Assembly (NCBI GenBank): GCA_964016885.1
Contig: CAXHJY010000040.1
Span: 1 to 64,000 of the forward strand
Source of the DNA: Eledone cirrhosa
Lineage: Eukaryota
Reading direction: 5' to 3'
DNA length: 64,000 bases
This document shows, one piece after another, positions 14,570 to 29,596 of this stretch (position 1 is the first letter of the stretch; each line of letters starts with the position of its first letter). The notes beneath the pieces were generated by a model. That model made no database searches, was not told the origin of the DNA, and was given only the letters and a program-made list of their open reading frames with translations. Made by a program: the position numbers and the translations under genes.

Positions 14570-14610
<41 letters not shown>
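13945..14610 (+). repeat. 5 x about 138-bp tandem array of a retroposon-like 3' end (AATAAA plus (TCTA)n tail)
   Basis: AAACTTCCCCC at 13961, 14097, 14235, 14373 and 14511; a diverged dispersed copy lies at about 23207-23280. Confidence 0.85.
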
Positions 14611-14612
<2 letters not shown>

Positions 14613-14820
14613 CACCTATATGTATGGCTGTCTATCTATCCGAGTCTCTGTGTGACAAACACTTCATCGCTTTATAAACACCTACTACATACACACATCA
14701 GCAAACTGTAAATACAATACACATACATAGTTTTACCTTCACACACAAACATATATATGTATATATAAGGCACATACATAATTTTACCTTCTCCACACAT
14801 ACACATTCATATATACGTTT

Positions 14821-14874
<54 letters not shown>

Positions 14875-14938
14875 ACGTACAATTGTATCTATAATATGTA
14901 CATACATATATACATACAGGTACGTACAAAGGTGTGTG

Positions 14939-14977
<39 letters not shown>

Positions 14978-15595
14978 ACATACATATATACGTACGTATG
15001 CGCATATATATATTCTTCATTCCTATACACTTACACACACACACAGATAGGTACAAACGTATACATACACACACAGGAAGGTACAAACGTATACATTCAC
15101 ACACACATAGGTACAAACGTATACATACACACACTGTACATACAAACGTGTATATATATACACACACACACACACACAGGTAGGAACAACCGTATATACA
15201 CATACATATACACACTTACCTACATACAGACTTGCGTACATACCTACATACACACTTACGTACATACACACTTACGTACATACTTACATACACACGTATA
15301 TACCTACATACACACTTACGTACATACAGACTTACGTACATACCTACATACACACTTACGTACATACCTACATACACACTTACGTACATACCTACATACA
15401 CACTTACATACATACCTACATACAGACTTACGTACATACGTACATACACAATTACGTACATACCTACACACACACAATTTTCCCATCTACACAGTTAAGG
15501 TTTTTCAAATATTCTGTAAAGACAGCTTCTCGGCAATAAATTAAATTTGCCGAATTCAATATGGATGAAAAGGATTGAGGGGGGGGGGGTGAATT

Positions 15596-15626
<31 letters not shown>

Positions 15627-17205
15627 GTGGTTGTTGCTGTGGTGGTGGTGGTGTTGTTGGAGGTTGTAGTGGTGATGGTGGTGTGGTAGTGGAGGTTGTA
15701 GTGCTGGTAGTGGAGGTGGTGTTGGAGGTTGTAGTGGTGGTGGTGGCAGTGGAGGTTGTAGTTGTGTTGGTAGTGGAGGTTGTAGTGGTGGTGGTGGTGT
15801 TGGTAGTGAGTGGAGGTTGTTGTGGTGGTGGTGGTGTTGGTAGTGAGTGGAGGTTGTTGTGGTGGTGGTGTTGGTAGTGAGTGGAGGTTGTTGTGGTGGT
15901 GGTGTTGGTGGTGGAGGTTGTAGTGGTGGTGGTGGTTTGGTAGTGGTGTTGTTGGTGGTGGTAGTGGTGCTGGTGGTATGATGGTGGCGGTGGTAGTAGT
16001 AGTGATGCTGGTGGTGGAGAGGAGAGGGTTTATGGAAACTTTTTTTTGTCACTAGTGCGTTTATATATGTCGTGTGTGTGTGTCTATGTAGCGTGTGTGG
16101 TGTGGGTGTATGTAGTGTGTGTGTGGTGTGTGTGTATGTAGTGTGTGTGGTGTGTGTATGTAGTGTGTGTGGTGTGTGTGTGTATGTAGTGTGTGGTGTG
16201 TGTGTGTATGTGTGTATGTAGTGTGTATATATATATATGTGTGTGTGTGTATCTATGTGTAGACATGATATAGTGGTGGTAGCAGTGTGTACTGTGTGTG
16301 GGTGTGTGTGTGTGTGTGTGAGTGAGTGCGCGTATGTCATGTCTATGAGCTTGTATAGTCTTGTTTTGTGAATGTGCATTGCATGTGTATATGCATGCGT
16401 ACACATCTGTGTGTGTATTTATGTGTGCAAGTATATTATGTATATGTATGCGCGTGTGTGTGTTTATGTGTGCAAGTATATTATGTGTGTGTATGTGTGT
16501 GCGTGTGTGTGTGTGTGCAAAAGCACTCGATAGTGGAAGAAGACGTTGTATTGTGAAAAGACTGCATGTTCGCCTTTGCGCGTATATATGTATATATTTT
16601 GTAACTGCGCACGCGTACGTATGTTTCTGTGAGTGTGTAATATATACATGCACGCCCGCATGTGTATATATGTGATCAGTGTATGCGCAATTGTGCCCGA
16701 GTGTGTATATATATATGTGTAAGCATGTTTATTCTGGACGTGTGTGCGTATATATTTAGAATACACGCGCGTATGTAGATGCGTGCACGTATTGGTGCGT
16801 GTATATGAAGGTGCGCGCATGTATAGGTATGTGTGTATATGCGGGTGCGTGTATATGCAGGTGCGTGTATATGTAGGTGCGTGTATATGCAGGTGCGTGT
16901 ATATGAAGGTGCGCGTGTATGTACGTGCGTGTATATATATATAGACGTGTGTATATATAGATGCGTGCATATGTAAGTGCGCGCATATGTAAATCCGTAC
17001 ACATATTTAGATGCGTATATATGTAGATGTGTATATACGTAGATGTGTATATACGTAGAGGCGTATATACGTAGAGGCGTATATACGTAGATACATATAT
17101 TTAGATGCATGTATATAGAAGCATGCATATGCAGCCATCGTGTATATATGTAGATGCATTTACGTACAGATGCGTGCATATGCAGGTATGTGCATGTGTA
17201 AATGC

Positions 17206-17243
<38 letters not shown>

Positions 17244-17708
17244 GTAGATGTATATGTAGATGCATGTGTATATGTAGATGCATGTATATGCAGGTATGTG
17301 CATGTGTAAATGCCTGTATATATATATATATATATGTATATGTAGATGTATATGTAGATGCATGTGTATATGTAGATGCATGTGTATATGTAGATGCATG
17401 TGTATATGTAGATGCATGTGTATGCAGGTATGTGCATGTGTAAATGCCTGTATATATATATATATATATATGTAGATGTATATGTAGATGCATGTATATA
17501 CGTAGATGTATGTATATGCAGGTATGTGCATATGCAGGTGCGCACGTATGTGTTTGAGTGTGTGTAAAAGCATTAGGAAACCGCCAGCCCGCCTGCACGT
17601 TCGTTGCAGGATATTTCCTATGCATTAGCGTGCAGGAATACGTTTAGTGGAGATAGATCAAAAGAATGCTACACTACACTACACTACACCACAACAAATA
17701 TATGCATG

Positions 17709-17811
<103 letters not shown>

Positions 17812-18015
17812 TCTACATACATAGATATATGCATATATACATTATATATATATATAGTGTGTGTGTGTCTGTGTGTATTCTACATGCCTGGGTGTTTGTG
17901 TGTGTGTGTATTCTACATACATAGATATATGCATATATACATTATTTATATATATATAGTGTGTGTGTATTCTACATACATAGATATATGCATATATACA
18001 TTATATATATATATA

Positions 18016-18063
<48 letters not shown>

Positions 18064-18108
18064 TCTACATACATAGATATATGCATATATACATTATATA
18101 TATATATA

Positions 18109-18160
<52 letters not shown>

Positions 18161-18222
18161 TCTACATGCCTGGGTGTTTGTGTGTGTGTGTATTCTACAT
18201 ACATAGATATATGCATATATAC

Positions 18223-18256
<34 letters not shown>

Positions 18257-18315
18257 TATATACACTGTACTAGAATTGGCCTTGTCTCGTTGAATGTATA
18301 CGCGCATTTAGTTTA

Positions 18316-18359
<44 letters not shown>

Positions 18360-18362
18360 GGC

Positions 18363-18396
<34 letters not shown>

Positions 18397-18405
18397 CACA
18401 CAGGC

Positions 18406-18441
<36 letters not shown>

Positions 18442-18914
18442 ACCCATGTATATATATATATATACATATGTAACCCGTGTGCAACCACGCAGCACTCCAT
18501 TTTTCTTATATTTATACACACACACACACACACACATGTATATATATATACACACACACACACACGTATATACACACACACGTATATATATACACACACA
18601 CACACATATATAGACACACACACACGTATATACACACACACATGTATATATACACACACACACACATATATACACACACACATGTATATACACACACATG
18701 TATATACACACATGTATATACACACACATATATATACATATATATATATATATAAGTGTGAATATTGAAGACGACAGTGTTACATTATCAGATAAAGGAT
18801 CTACTTAGATGATGTACACAAGTTAACCACAGAGAGAGAGGGGGGGGAGAACGTGGGAGAAGACACAGAGAGAGGAAGAGAGAGAGTGTGTGTGTGTAAG
18901 GAAGAGAGACAGGT

Positions 18915-18952
<38 letters not shown>

Positions 18953-19043
18953 TGAGAAAGAGAGAGAGAGAGAGTGAGAGAGAGAATGCCAGACAAATAC
19001 GCCAGGTAGATGCACAAGATATTTTACACACGCACACAAATAT

Positions 19044-19080
<37 letters not shown>

Positions 19081-19128
19081 CACACACATTTACATATATA
19101 TGTTCACACACATATATATATATATATG

Positions 19129-19171
<43 letters not shown>

Positions 19172-19372
19172 ATATATATATATATATATATACATAGAGG
19201 GTGACCCAAAATAAAATATACACAATTTGCTTAGAATGTTGTTGAAGTGTGTATACATTTTATGTATACACTCTTATGTATATGTGTGTGCAGATATATA
19301 TACATATATACACACACACATACACATACATACATATAATATATACCAACACAGAATACTATTCAAAAGTAA

Positions 19373-19405
<33 letters not shown>

Positions 19406-19657
19406 CGTAAACGTCTGTGTGTATTAATAGAGAGAGAGAGAGATAGAACGAGGGAGAGAGAGATATATATAGAACAAAGGGAGAGAGATATATATATATA
19501 TATAGAACGATATATATATATATATATAGAACGAGGGAGAGAGAGAGACTGATATATACACACACACATCACATCCTGCGACACACACACATACACTGAA
19601 TATTATGCGAGCGTAACTCGCGATACATACACACACAGACTTATATATATATATATA

Positions 19658-19739
<82 letters not shown>

Positions 19740-19776
19740 TATACATACACACACACATATATATACATACACACAC

Positions 19777-19915
<139 letters not shown>

Positions 19916-20110
19916 TATATACACACACACACATATATATATACACACACACATACACATACACATATATATACACACACACATACATACACACATATAT
20001 ATACACATATACACACACACACACACATATATACACACACACACACATATATACATACACACACACATATATATACACACACACACATACACACACACAC
20101 ACACACACAG

Positions 20111-20177
<67 letters not shown>

Positions 20178-20288
20178 CACACACACAGCTAAACAAGATC
20201 GATTTGAACCCCCACCAATATCGTTCGGAGACTTTAAAACAAGATATCAAAGGAATCGGTGAAATACGTACTTTAAGCAATGAACTGC

Positions 20289-20325
<37 letters not shown>

Positions 20326-20459
20326 AACGTGATGTGTATATATATATATATACACACACACACACGCACACATAATATGTATATACATACCAAAGTGGTT
20401 TGCGCGTATATATATATATATAAGAGAGAGATATAGTGACTTGTGCGTGTGTGTCTGAG

Positions 20460-21098
20460 AGAGATAGAAAGAATGTGAACGAGAGAGAGGGGAGAGAGAG
20501 AGATAGAAAGAATGTGAACGCGAGAGGGGAGAGAGAGAGATAGAAAGAATGTGAACGAGAGAGGGGAGAGAGAGAGATAGAAAGAATGTGAAGGAGAGAG
20601 GGGAGAGAGAGAGATAGAAAGAATGTGAACGAGAGAGAGGGGAGAGAGAGAGATAGAAAGAATGTGAACGAGAGAGAGGGGAGAGAGAGAGATAGAAAGA
20701 ATGTGAACGAGAGAGGGGAGAGAGAGATAGAAAGAATGTAAAGGAGAGAGGGGAAAGAGAGAGATAGAAAGAATGTGAAGGAGAGAGAGAGAGAGATAGA
20801 AAGAATGTGAAGGAGAGAGAGAGAGATAGAAAGAAAGTGAAGGAGAGAGAGAGAGATAGAAAGAATGTGAAGGAGAGAGAGAGAGAGATAGAAAGAATGT
20901 GAACGAGAGAGGGGAGAGAGAGAGATAGAAAGAATGTGAAGGAGAGAGAGAGAGAGATAGAAAGAATGTGAACGAGAGAGGGGAGAGAGAGAGATAGAAA
21001 GAATGTGAACGAGAGAGGAGAGAGAGAGATAGAAAGAATGTGAACGAGAGAGGGGAGAGAGAGATAGAAAGAATGTGAACGAGAGAGGGGAGAGAGAT
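20460..21098. repeat. Purine-rich minisatellite of about 35 bp, GATAGAAAGAATGTGAACGAGAGAGGGGAGAGA
   Basis: Unit read directly. Confidence 0.9.
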
Positions 21099-21132
21099 AC
21101 GGGCACTGTATTCGTGTATGTCTTAGATAGAT

Positions 21133-21678
21133 AGTGTGTATGTGAGAAAGAGAGAGAGTGTATGTGAGAAAGAGAGAGAGAGTGTGTGTATGTGAGAAAG
21201 GGAGAGAGTGTATGTGAGAAAGAGAGAGAGAGTGTGTATGTGAGAAAGAGAGAGAGAGAGAGTGTGTATGTGAGAAAGAGAGAGAGAGTGTGTATGTGAG
21301 AAAGAGAGAGAGAGTGTGTATGTGAGAAAGAGGGAGAGAGTGTGTATGTGAGAAAGAGAGAGAGAGTGTGTATGTGAGAAAGAGAGAGAGAGTGTGTATG
21401 TGAGAAAGAGAGAGAGAGTGTGTATGTGAGAAAGAGAGAGAGAGTGTGTATGTGAGAAAGAGAGAGAGAGTGTGTATGTGAGAAAGAGAGAGAGAGTGTG
21501 TATGTGAGAAAGAGGGAGAGAGTGTGTATGTGAGAAAGAGAGAGAGAGTGTGTATGTGAGAAAGAGAGAGAGAGTGTGTATGTGAGAAAGAGAGAGAGAG
21601 TGTGTATGTGAGAAAGAGAGAGAGAGTGTGTATGTGAGAAAGAGAGAGAGAGTGTGTATGTGAGAAAGAGAGAGAGAG
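21133..21678. repeat. 26-bp minisatellite GTGTGTATGTGAGAAAGAGAGAGAGA
   Basis: Period 26 (e.g. 21371 to 21397). Confidence 0.9.
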
Positions 21679-22092
21679 CGTGTGTGTGTTTGATGGGGAG
21701 GGAGGAAGGGAGAGAGGGATGGGGGGGTCAGGTTACAATGTATCAACCAGTTTAATAAAAGACAGGTAAAGAGAGAGAGTAAAAAGGGACCTCGAATTGA
21801 TGTATCAAACAGCTTAGCAAAGACAGGTAGAGAGAGATAGAAGGCGAGAGAGAGAGACAGGTAACAAGCGAGAGAGAGTGAGCAAAAGAGAGAGTGAGAG
21901 AGAGAGTGAGAGAGAGAGTGAGAGAGAGAGAGAGAGAGTGAGAGAGAGAGAGAGAAAGTGAGAAAGCGAGAGTTGGGGAAGAGAGAGAGAGAGCGAGAGA
22001 GGGAATATGAGACAGTTGGGGAAGAGCGAGAGAGACAGAGAGCGAGAGAGCGAGAGAGAGAGCGAGCGAGAGAGAGAGCGAGAGAGAGAGAG

Positions 22093-22123
<31 letters not shown>

Positions 22124-22326
22124 GAGATAGAGAGAAAGAGAGAGAGAGAGAGAGAGCTAGGTTACGATCAATCTATCAGCCAGCTTAGTTAAAGACAGGT
22201 AACACAACTTACAATAAATTATTTAGACCGATTCCAATATAATGTCGTAAGCCAGTCACTGAGCTATAAGCAAGGCTATTTTAATAACGTGAGAGACCAC
22301 TTACCTTACCACTGTCATTTTTAGTT

Positions 22327-23182
22327 GCCTGTCTATATATTACTATATCTACCCGTCTATATATTACTATATCTACCCGTCTATATATTACTATATCTAC
22401 CCGTCTATATATTACTATATCTACCCGTCTATATATTACTATATCTACCCGTCTATATATTACTATATCTACCCGTCTATATATTACTATATCTACCTGT
22501 CTATCTATTACTATATCTACCTGTCTATTTATTACTATATCTACCTGTCTATATATTACTATATCTACCCGTCTATCTATTACTATATCTACCTGTCTAT
22601 CTATTACTATATCTACCCGTCTATATATTACTATATCTACCTGTCTATCTATTACTATATCTACCTGTCTATCTATTACTATATCTACCTGTCTATCTAT
22701 TACTATATCTACCCGTCTATCTATTACTATATCTACCTGTCTATATATTACTATATCTACCTGTCTATCTATTACTATATCTACCTTTCTATCTATTACT
22801 ATATCTACCCGTCTTTATATTACTATATCTACCTGTCTATCTATTACTATATCTACCTGTCTATCTATTACTATATCTACCTGTCTATCTATTACTATAT
22901 CTACCCGTCTATATATCACTATATCTACCTGTCTATATATTACTATATCTACCTGTCTATATATTACTATATCTACCCGTCTATATATTACTATATCTAC
23001 CCGTCTATATATTACTATATCTACCTGTCTATCTATTACTATATCTACCTGTCTATCTATTACTATATCTACCTGTCTATCTATTACTATATCTACCCGT
23101 CTATATATCACTATATCTACCTGTCTATATATCACTATATCTACCTGTCTATATATTACTATATCTACCTGTCTATATATTA
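22327..23182. repeat. 24-bp minisatellite CTAC(C/T)GTCTAT(A/C)TATTACTATAT-type, about 35 copies
   Basis: Strict 24-bp period; explains the LLYLPVYI ORF. Confidence 0.95.
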
Positions 23183-23381
23183 AGATTTTTATATTTTTTA
23201 CACGACTGTATGTAAAATCCCCGGCATGTCTTTGTATTGTCCCCTTTCTTGTTGCGCCCTTGTGGCTAATAAAGAAATCTATATATTACTATATCTACCT
23301 GTCTACGTAGCTTCCTAGCTATCTATCTGTTTAGATATCTGTCTAGTTATGTATCCATTATTCTATCTACATATCTATCTA

Positions 23382-23552
<171 letters not shown>

Positions 23553-23712
23553 ATAGATATGTAGATATATAGATGGATAAATAAGTAGACAGATATCTAT
23601 CTATATATTATTATATATATATATATATGTCTGTGTGCATATGTATAAGACAATGCAATCCATTATCCGCATATTGTCAGCAAAGCAGATCTGTTGACAA
23701 TAGACACACCAA

Positions 23713-23769
<57 letters not shown>

Positions 23770-24107
23770 ACATATATATATATATATATATATCTACACA
23801 TTGTTTCTGAGAGAGGTTATATTTGCTTAAACTACGAATACCTCAAATATCTATTGAATCTACATTGTTACTTACACAGACATATACGCATATGTATATA
23901 TATACGCACACAAATGTGCATATGTATATATATACGCACACAAATGTATGTTTAACAATAGAAAGAATCTGAGGACAATCTTTAAATACGAACGAAGACC
24001 ACGATGACGATATTGTTTTGGTATGTACGTGTCTATGTGTGTATATATGTGTGTGTATATGTATGTTTATATATATATATGAGTGTGTGTATGTGTATAT
24101 ATATATG

Positions 24108-24154
<47 letters not shown>

Positions 24155-24289
24155 GTGTGTGTGTGTGCATTCATTGGTTTCTGTTATGTGACGGCGGCCA
24201 TATTGCCTTCCAGTACTTATTCTTTCAAGACTGTCACCTATTTTATCGATATGTTTCTCTGTGGAACCACTAGGTTACAGGACATATAT

Positions 24290-24328
<39 letters not shown>

Positions 24329-24332
24329 GTGT

Positions 24333-24364
<32 letters not shown>

Positions 24365-24477
24365 AAGAGCCAGAGAGACAGACAAGAGAGAGAATGTCCA
24401 ACTATATCAATCGTAAAACTAATATTCTATTACTTTCCTGTGTAGGTTTTCCTTGTTAACGTTGCCATATATACACA

Positions 24478-24551
24478 CAGGGTGTCCCCCAAAATGTATA
24501 TACACTTTCATTAGAACGCTGTTGAAGAGTGTATACATTTTTGGGACACCC
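24478..24551. mobile_element. Short Tc1/mariner-like MITE (family H)
   Basis: GGGTGTCCCCCAAAATGTATA..TATACATTTTTGGGACACCC inverted ends; relatives at about 19196, 28435, 36781, 42440, 58455 and 58636. Confidence 0.7.
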
Positions 24552-24578
24552 AATATATATATATATATATATATATAT

Positions 24579-24749
24579 GGGATTATAGTCGAGACCCCGA
24601 CGGCAGAGCTCAACCCGTTTCGACGGCTATTTCTGGACCCGAAATAGCCGGCGAAGTCTCGACTCTATTCCTATTACCCACTCTACTACCTAAAGTATCG
24701 AGTACTCTGGTGCGTTATGGTCCACCTGGTTCCTTACCACGCTTCCTTC

Positions 24750-24752
<3 letters not shown>
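24579..24752 (+). mobile_element. Family C fold-back element flanked by (TA)n
   Basis: GACCCCGACGGCAGAGCTCAA hairpin plus tail CCACTCTACTACCTAAAGTATCGAGTAC..TTCCTTACCAC. Confidence 0.8.
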
Positions 24753-24808
<56 letters not shown>

Positions 24809-24951
24809 ATAATAATCGCGAAGACCAAAATCCGAAGAGGGCTCGATTGGTTTTTCTCAGTTTCAGAAGTCCGTAATAGGTTAAAAGCAGCGATACTTCG
24901 CTTAAACTTTACTCTGTACTATTAATAATAATAATATAATATATATATATA

Positions 24952-25006
24952 GTCCAGAATTAGCCGTCGAAACAGCTTGAGCTCAGCCGTCGGGGTCCTA
25001 CTCGTT

Positions 25007-25008
<2 letters not shown>
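24952..25008 (+). mobile_element. Family C single-arm fragment flanked by (TA)n
   Basis: GTCCAGAATTAGCCGTCGAAACAGCTTGAGCTCAGCCGTCGGGGTCC matches 11441-11500. Confidence 0.8.
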
Positions 25009-25057
<49 letters not shown>

Positions 25058-25225
25058 GGCTGAATGAGTTGGGGTTCAGAACCCAACGAAATTTAAGTAC
25101 TTGTTTATGTTACTGTTGTAATTATTGATACTAAACTCGTCCTATGGACTGAGTGCTCTTACTCTTGGATATGTCCTAACTTTTACTACAGTATATATAT
25201 ATATATATATCGAGAGAGGGAGAGT

Positions 25226-25408
25226 CGATCGACATTCGTGAAATCGGACCGAGGAAACAATGTTTCCGTTGGTCTTTCCAATTGCTAATACTCTCTATCG
25301 GTTGCAACTCCAGGTAGAAGGAGCGACGTGAAATAAAATGCCTTGTTCAAAGACAGAAGGCATCGCCCGGTCTGGGAATCGAACTCAAAACCTCACGCTA
25401 GGGAATCC

Positions 25409-25410
<2 letters not shown>
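25226..25410 (-). mobile_element. SINE family F
   Basis: Closely matches 10841-11025. Confidence 0.85.
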
Positions 25411-25471
<61 letters not shown>

Positions 25472-25556
25472 GTGTGTGTAATATAAACAAACATACTCAA
25501 TTACATGTGTTTATAATATAGACATTAAATCTGACAGCGTGTGATTTCCTTTTATA

Positions 25557-25588
<32 letters not shown>

Positions 25589-25819
25589 CATATATATACA
25601 CACATGTGTATATAATTTATTTTTTTCCTATTCCAAAGGAGTGTTGATGATTAAGTCTTCAATGTATGACTTGTGTCATATAATATACATACATATATAT
25701 CTATATACATGTATAGACATTATACATGTTCAGTAGAGGGTGTAGATTTTGTAGTTTATCACTAACCACCTGTGGGTGCAATAAAACAGACACGGCACTA
25801 TACTATCATAATGACAAAT

Positions 25820-26120
25820 AAGAAAGAACGAAAGAAAGAGAGAACGAAAGAAAGAGAGAACGAAAGAAAGAAAGAAAAAAAGAAAAAAAGAAAGAAAGAA
25901 AGAAAGACCTAAAGAAAGGAAGAACGAAAGAAAGAAAGAACGAAAGAAAGAAAGAACGAAAGAAAGAAAGAACGAAAGAACGAAAGAAAGAACGAAAGAA
26001 CGAAAGAAAAGAAAGAACGAAAGAACGAAAGAAAGAACGAAAGAAAGAAAGAAAAGAAAGAACGAAAGAACGAAAGAAAGAAAGAAAGAAAGAATGAACG
26101 AAAGAAAGAATGAAAAAAAG
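25820..26120. repeat. (GAAA/GAAC)n purine-rich tract
   Basis: Read directly. Confidence 0.9.
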
Positions 26121-26277
26121 AAGGATAGAAAGATGATGTGGTGGTGGAGGGAATGAGAATATTGAGAAATTGTGAGATGAGTAAAGTTTGTCATCCTTGG
26201 CTGGATTGAGTGGCGAAAGGAATCTTGGTATGCGGCATCTGTGCTAAAGCCCATCCTATCCGTGTTTTTTGTGTCAT

Positions 26278-26315
<38 letters not shown>

Positions 26316-26531
26316 TAATATACAATATATATATATATATACAGACATATAAATATATATAAACACACACACACATACTATACATACATATATATATAAA
26401 CACACACACACACATACTATACATATATAAACACACACACATACTATACATATATATATATATATAAACACACACACATACTACACATATATGTATATAA
26501 ATACACACACATACTATATATATATATATAC

Positions 26532-26589
<58 letters not shown>

Positions 26590-26939
26590 CACACACAACG
26601 GATTCACGAGAAATCGATGCATCGATTAAAAAAAAAATCTTGCGCTATTTATCCAATAGGAGTTACGTCCCTTTAAGCCGCAGGAAGAAAAGTTATTCGA
26701 TAAAGATCGATAACGAGTGAGCAAAACACAATGTAATGGGTGTGGAATCAATATAATCGATTTAAAAAGAAGCCGAAAGGTGTATGCTACAGCATGACCG
26801 TAATCTGAAGAGAAAAAAACCCAGATACTAAAACTGTGGAAGAGAAATAACCAACAGTTAAAACTTAAAACATATGAAAGGGACCAGTTGTTTCATCAAC
26901 GAAATACTTGCCCGTAAAACTAACGTCTCAAGAAAGGTT

Positions 26940-27512
26940 TAAAGCAGGGTTTCCCAATTTTTTTTTCAAACACAGAAACCTTTTTGGTTCGGAAACTTTT
27001 GGAGGAAACCCCAAAGTTTAATATTGTTATAGGGTCGTAATATAAATATAATCCTCTAACTTTTTATGCAAATTAGGCTAAGCAACCGATGTATAATTTA
27101 GAGCAGGTTTCCCAAACGTATTCAAACGCAGAACCCTTTTTGGTTCCGAAACTTTGGGAGAAGCCCAAAATCTAATACGCTTATATGGTCGTTATATAAA
27201 TATAGTCATCTAACTTTTTATGCAAATTAGGCTAAGCAACCGATGTATAATTTAGAGCAGGTTTCCCAAACGTATTCAAACGCAGAACCCTTTTTGGTTC
27301 CGAAACTTTGGGAGAAGCCCAAAATCTAACACGCTTATATGGTCGTTATATAAATATAGTCATCTAACTTTTTATGCAAATTAGGCTAATCAACCGATGT
27401 ATACTTTAAAGTAGGGTTTCCCAAACCTTTTCAAACGGAGAACCCTTTTTGATTCAGAAAATTTTGGAGGAACCATAAAGTCTAATACTGCTATATGGTC
27501 GTAATATAAATA
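26940..27512. repeat. About 154-bp tandem array (about 3.7 units), each starting with CAGG(G)TTTCCCAA
   Basis: GCAGAACCC at 27128 and 27282; unit start resembles hAT/Charlie-type termini. Confidence 0.8.
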
Positions 27513-27519
27513 TGCCCTA

Positions 27520-27607
27520 CCCTGTAATGGACTGGTGTCCTGTCCAGGGGGAAGGAATGTTTTGTACTCTTAGTCGATTCACGCCATGAAACCGGGATAA
27601 GCCCGGC
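27520..27607 (+). mobile_element. SINE central/3' domain fragment
   Basis: CCCTGTAATGGACTGGTGTCCTGTCCAGGGG..GAAACCGGGATAAGC resembles, from memory, conserved metazoan SINE domains. Confidence 0.5.
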
Positions 27608-27971
27608 AAACTGAGATGTCTGGCTTAAGACAGACTTTAGACTTAGATCACAGCAATCCATTCTAAACAAACTAGCGGCTTTATATCTGGCTCTGTAACC
27701 CCGATTATAACACACACATATATGTATATATATATGTATATATACATATGTGTATGTGTGTATGTGTGTGTATATATAACATAATCATAGCATATCGCAT
27801 GTAATTTGGAAAAATCATCAACATTTTAAAATTCCTTATTATTGTTGATGTTGTTACTGTTATCAATTCAACGTTGTATTTATTTTAAGCAAACAAACGA
27901 TATAATTGCGTGTGCCTGAGAAAGATATCACTCGATAAGCCTGGGAATGAGCGAGTGTGTGTCTATGTGTG

Positions 27972-28004
<33 letters not shown>

Positions 28005-28129
28005 GCACAAATGTATATATATATACACACATATACATATATACCCACACGTACAACAAAAATAACAACAGGGGAAGATAAGGATGATAAGATAGGTTCA
28101 AAGAATAAGGAAAACAATTGTGTATATAT

Positions 28130-28235
<106 letters not shown>

Positions 28236-28395
28236 GTCGTCGAGTATGAAATTTGTAGACATTTGTATTAGAGAAAACAAATTTCTACAAATTTCATACT
28301 TGACGTTCCAATATGTATAGAGAGAAAGTGTGTGTGTGTGTGTGTGTGTGCGTGTATAGATAGATGTATGCGTGTATGTATTTCCGTGTACAAGG

Positions 28396-28428
<33 letters not shown>

Positions 28429-28633
28429 GTATATAGGGTGTCAAAGAAAATATATACACACGGATTACCTCTACAGGCCAATATTCATTACAATGCTGTC
28501 GAAATATGTATACCTTTTTTGAGGACACCGTATGTGTGTATATATATATATATATGTATATATTGCTGTGTGATTAATGTATATATAACTACATATATAA
28601 GTGTGTATGTGTATATACAACCATACAAACATG

Positions 28634-28667
<34 letters not shown>

Positions 28668-29140
28668 CAATTACAGACAGATATATACATAGATATATAT
28701 AGAATATATATATATATATATACAATATATATAAACACACACACACATATATATATACACACACTATATATATATACACACACTATATATATATACATAT
28801 CCAGAGAGATAAGTGTTGTATGATTAAACTCGTGAAACTCATTAACATCAGACGGCGAAACTTTGACACGCTCCCCTGGATAAGGCGCCGTCTTATCTCA
28901 GGTATTTCACCAGCTCACCCCCCCCCCCCCCCACACACACATCCTCCTCTGCACCCACCACGTGTCTGCAACCTTGTCCTATCTACCACCACCACCACTA
29001 CTACTACTACTACTACAATCACCACTACTACTACTACAACCGCCACCACTACTACTACTTCCATTAAACGAAATGAACCATGTAGAATGTGTTGTACTCA
29101 AAGATCACACACATACATGTATAGATATATACACATATAT

Positions 29141-29176
<36 letters not shown>

Positions 29177-29516
29177 GACTGTTTCTACTTTTGGCACAAG
29201 GCCAGCAATTACTCCAGTGTATTACTGGTACTTTATTTTATCGACCCCGTAAGGATGAAAGGCAAAGTTAACCTTATAATATATACACATCACATATATA
29301 TATATATAATATATACACACAAATACACACACGTGTGTGTGTATATACCACAGTGTATATGAGTGGATGTCCAATATACACACTTGTTACTTGTGTGGAA
29401 AAAAAACGTGGTCTGAATTAATAAAACCCTAAAGTATGATTCAACGATCAACACTGTATATATATTGGTATATATATATATATGCTTATATGTATATATA
29501 TATATAGGCTTGTATG

Positions 29517-29552
<36 letters not shown>

Positions 29553-29556
29553 CTTG

Positions 29557-29596
<40 letters not shown>

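Noticed and set aside
22325-23215. 296-aa LLYLPVYI ORF
   Set aside because: Translation of a 24-bp minisatellite
23969-24000. Isolated CTGANGA matches (also about 26805, 32722 and 51544)
   Set aside because: No stem II, GAAA, stem III and stem I arrangement could be formed
28877-28901. GGATAAGGCG hairpin resembling a bacterial REP
   Set aside because: A single short match in eukaryotic context; chance
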